Origin: Candidatus Micrarchaeota archaeon
GTDB taxonomy: Archaea > Micrarchaeota > Micrarchaeia > Anstonellales > Bilamarchaeaceae
Assembly: GCA_032123335.1 (NCBI GenBank)
Contig: JAQBFN010000003.1
Coordinates: 1-17,234 of the forward strand
Direction of reading: 5' to 3'
Length of the DNA: 17,234 bases
Below are positions 16,568 through 17,234 of the stretch, in pieces. The notes beneath the pieces are model-generated. The model was given only the letters and a program-made list of their open reading frames with translations. It was not told where the DNA came from and did not search any database. The position numbers were made by a program, and so were the translations under genes. Each line of letters begins with the position of its first letter. Position 1 is the first letter of the stretch.

Positions 16568-16637
16568 TTTTCATTTGGGAAAACGGGGCGTATTTGCCCT
16601 TTGGCAAATCTGAGGCCCGTTTTCATTTGGGAAAACG
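16562..16637 (+). repeat. perfect 24-bp direct repeat (two copies), each palindromic, separated by 28 bp
   Basis: GGCCCGTTTTCATTTGGGAAAACG at 16562-16585 and 16614-16637. Internal inverted repeat CGTTTTC/GAAAACG. The spacer contains ATTTGCC-cttt-GGCAAAT. Confidence 0.9.
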
Positions 16638-16663
16638 CAGTAAAAAAGCAAATTGTTGATGTT

Positions 16664-17234
16664 ATGGTGATGGTGGAGATAGCTAAGGAGATAGAAAATG
16701 CTGTGCATGAATGCCTTGAGGACAGGGTGGGGATTGCATTTTCAGGCGGGCTGGACAGCACCACCATTGCAAAAGTAGCAAAAGAATATTCTGATGTTGT
16801 GCTCCTGTGTGTGGGGGTTGATGGGAGCGAGGACCTGGTTTATGCGGAAGAAGTGGCGAAGGAGCTGGGGCTTCCATTGCAAAAGAGGGTGCTTTCCAGA
16901 GAGGAAGTTGTGGAGTATTATAATAAGGCGATGAAACTGTTGAATTCTGATTTTCTTAAAGTGGAGATAATGGCTCCGGTATATACTGTTTGCGAGATGG
17001 CAAAGGAAGCAAAAGTGGATGTTGTGCTATTCGGGTCTGGGGCGGAAGAGCTGTTTGTGGGGTATGAGAGATATTATACCTATTGGAATGAGGGGAAGGA
17101 TCTGGACGGGATACTTAAGGATGAATTTGAGACGCTGAAGAACCGGGATATCGGGATGATAAAGAAAGTTGCAAGGAAAGTGGGGGTGGAGGCGAGATTT
17201 CCGTTCTATAGCAAGAGGATTGCGAAGGAGGTGT
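16664..17234 (+). CDS. asparagine synthase C-terminal (synthetase) domain protein without glutaminase domain; runs off the window
   Basis: Manual translation MVMVEIAKEIENAVHECLEDRVGIAFSGGLDST...GSED..YAEEVAKELGL...FGSGAEELFVGYERY...GVEARFPF. Start is ATG 16664 or 16670. Confidence 0.85.
   Translation, partial: MVMVEIAKEIENAVHECLEDRVGIAFSGGLDSTTIAKVAKEYSDVVLLCVGVDGSEDLVYAEEVAKELGLPLQKRVLSREEVVEYYNKAMKLLNSDFLKVEIMAPVYTVCEMAKEAKVDVVLFGSGAEELFVGYERYYTYWNEGKDLDGILKDEFETLKNRDIGMIKKVARKVGVEARFPFYSKRIAKEV

Noticed and set aside
16562..16637. Call as a bona fide CRISPR array
   Set aside because: Only two repeats, the first overlaps a tRNA, and there is no leader or cas gene in the window. Kept as an unexplained repeat.

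Overview
Gene-dense archaeal chromosomal region; the gene set and compact layout suggest a DPANN/Micrarchaeota-like lineage, which is inference. In order it holds a partial myo-inositol-1-phosphate synthase, a ferredoxin plus geranylgeranyl reductase pair, a degenerate CYTH-fold protein, SRP54, a putative lipoprotein, a Nudix hydrolase and an archaeal coiled-coil protein. Next come TrmJ, an unusual HEAT-repeat + OB-fold protein, a HemK2-type methyltransferase, a large RelA/SpoT-type HD-hydrolase-domain protein and the psmB-aCPSF1(fttA) pair. A minus-strand run encodes a SerK-like serine kinase, a class V aminotransferase, a SerA-like dehydrogenase, a purine PRTase and a DUF2085 protein. The window ends with tRNA-Arg(CCT), a 24-bp palindromic direct repeat, and a partial asparagine-synthase-domain gene. 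No transposase, integrase or cas gene is visible. The best leads are the coupled serK-aminotransferase-serA operon (probable serine-to-3-phosphoglycerate route), the HEAT-OB protein, the archaeal RSH-hydrolase-like protein and the repeat-spacer-repeat at the tRNA 3' end.
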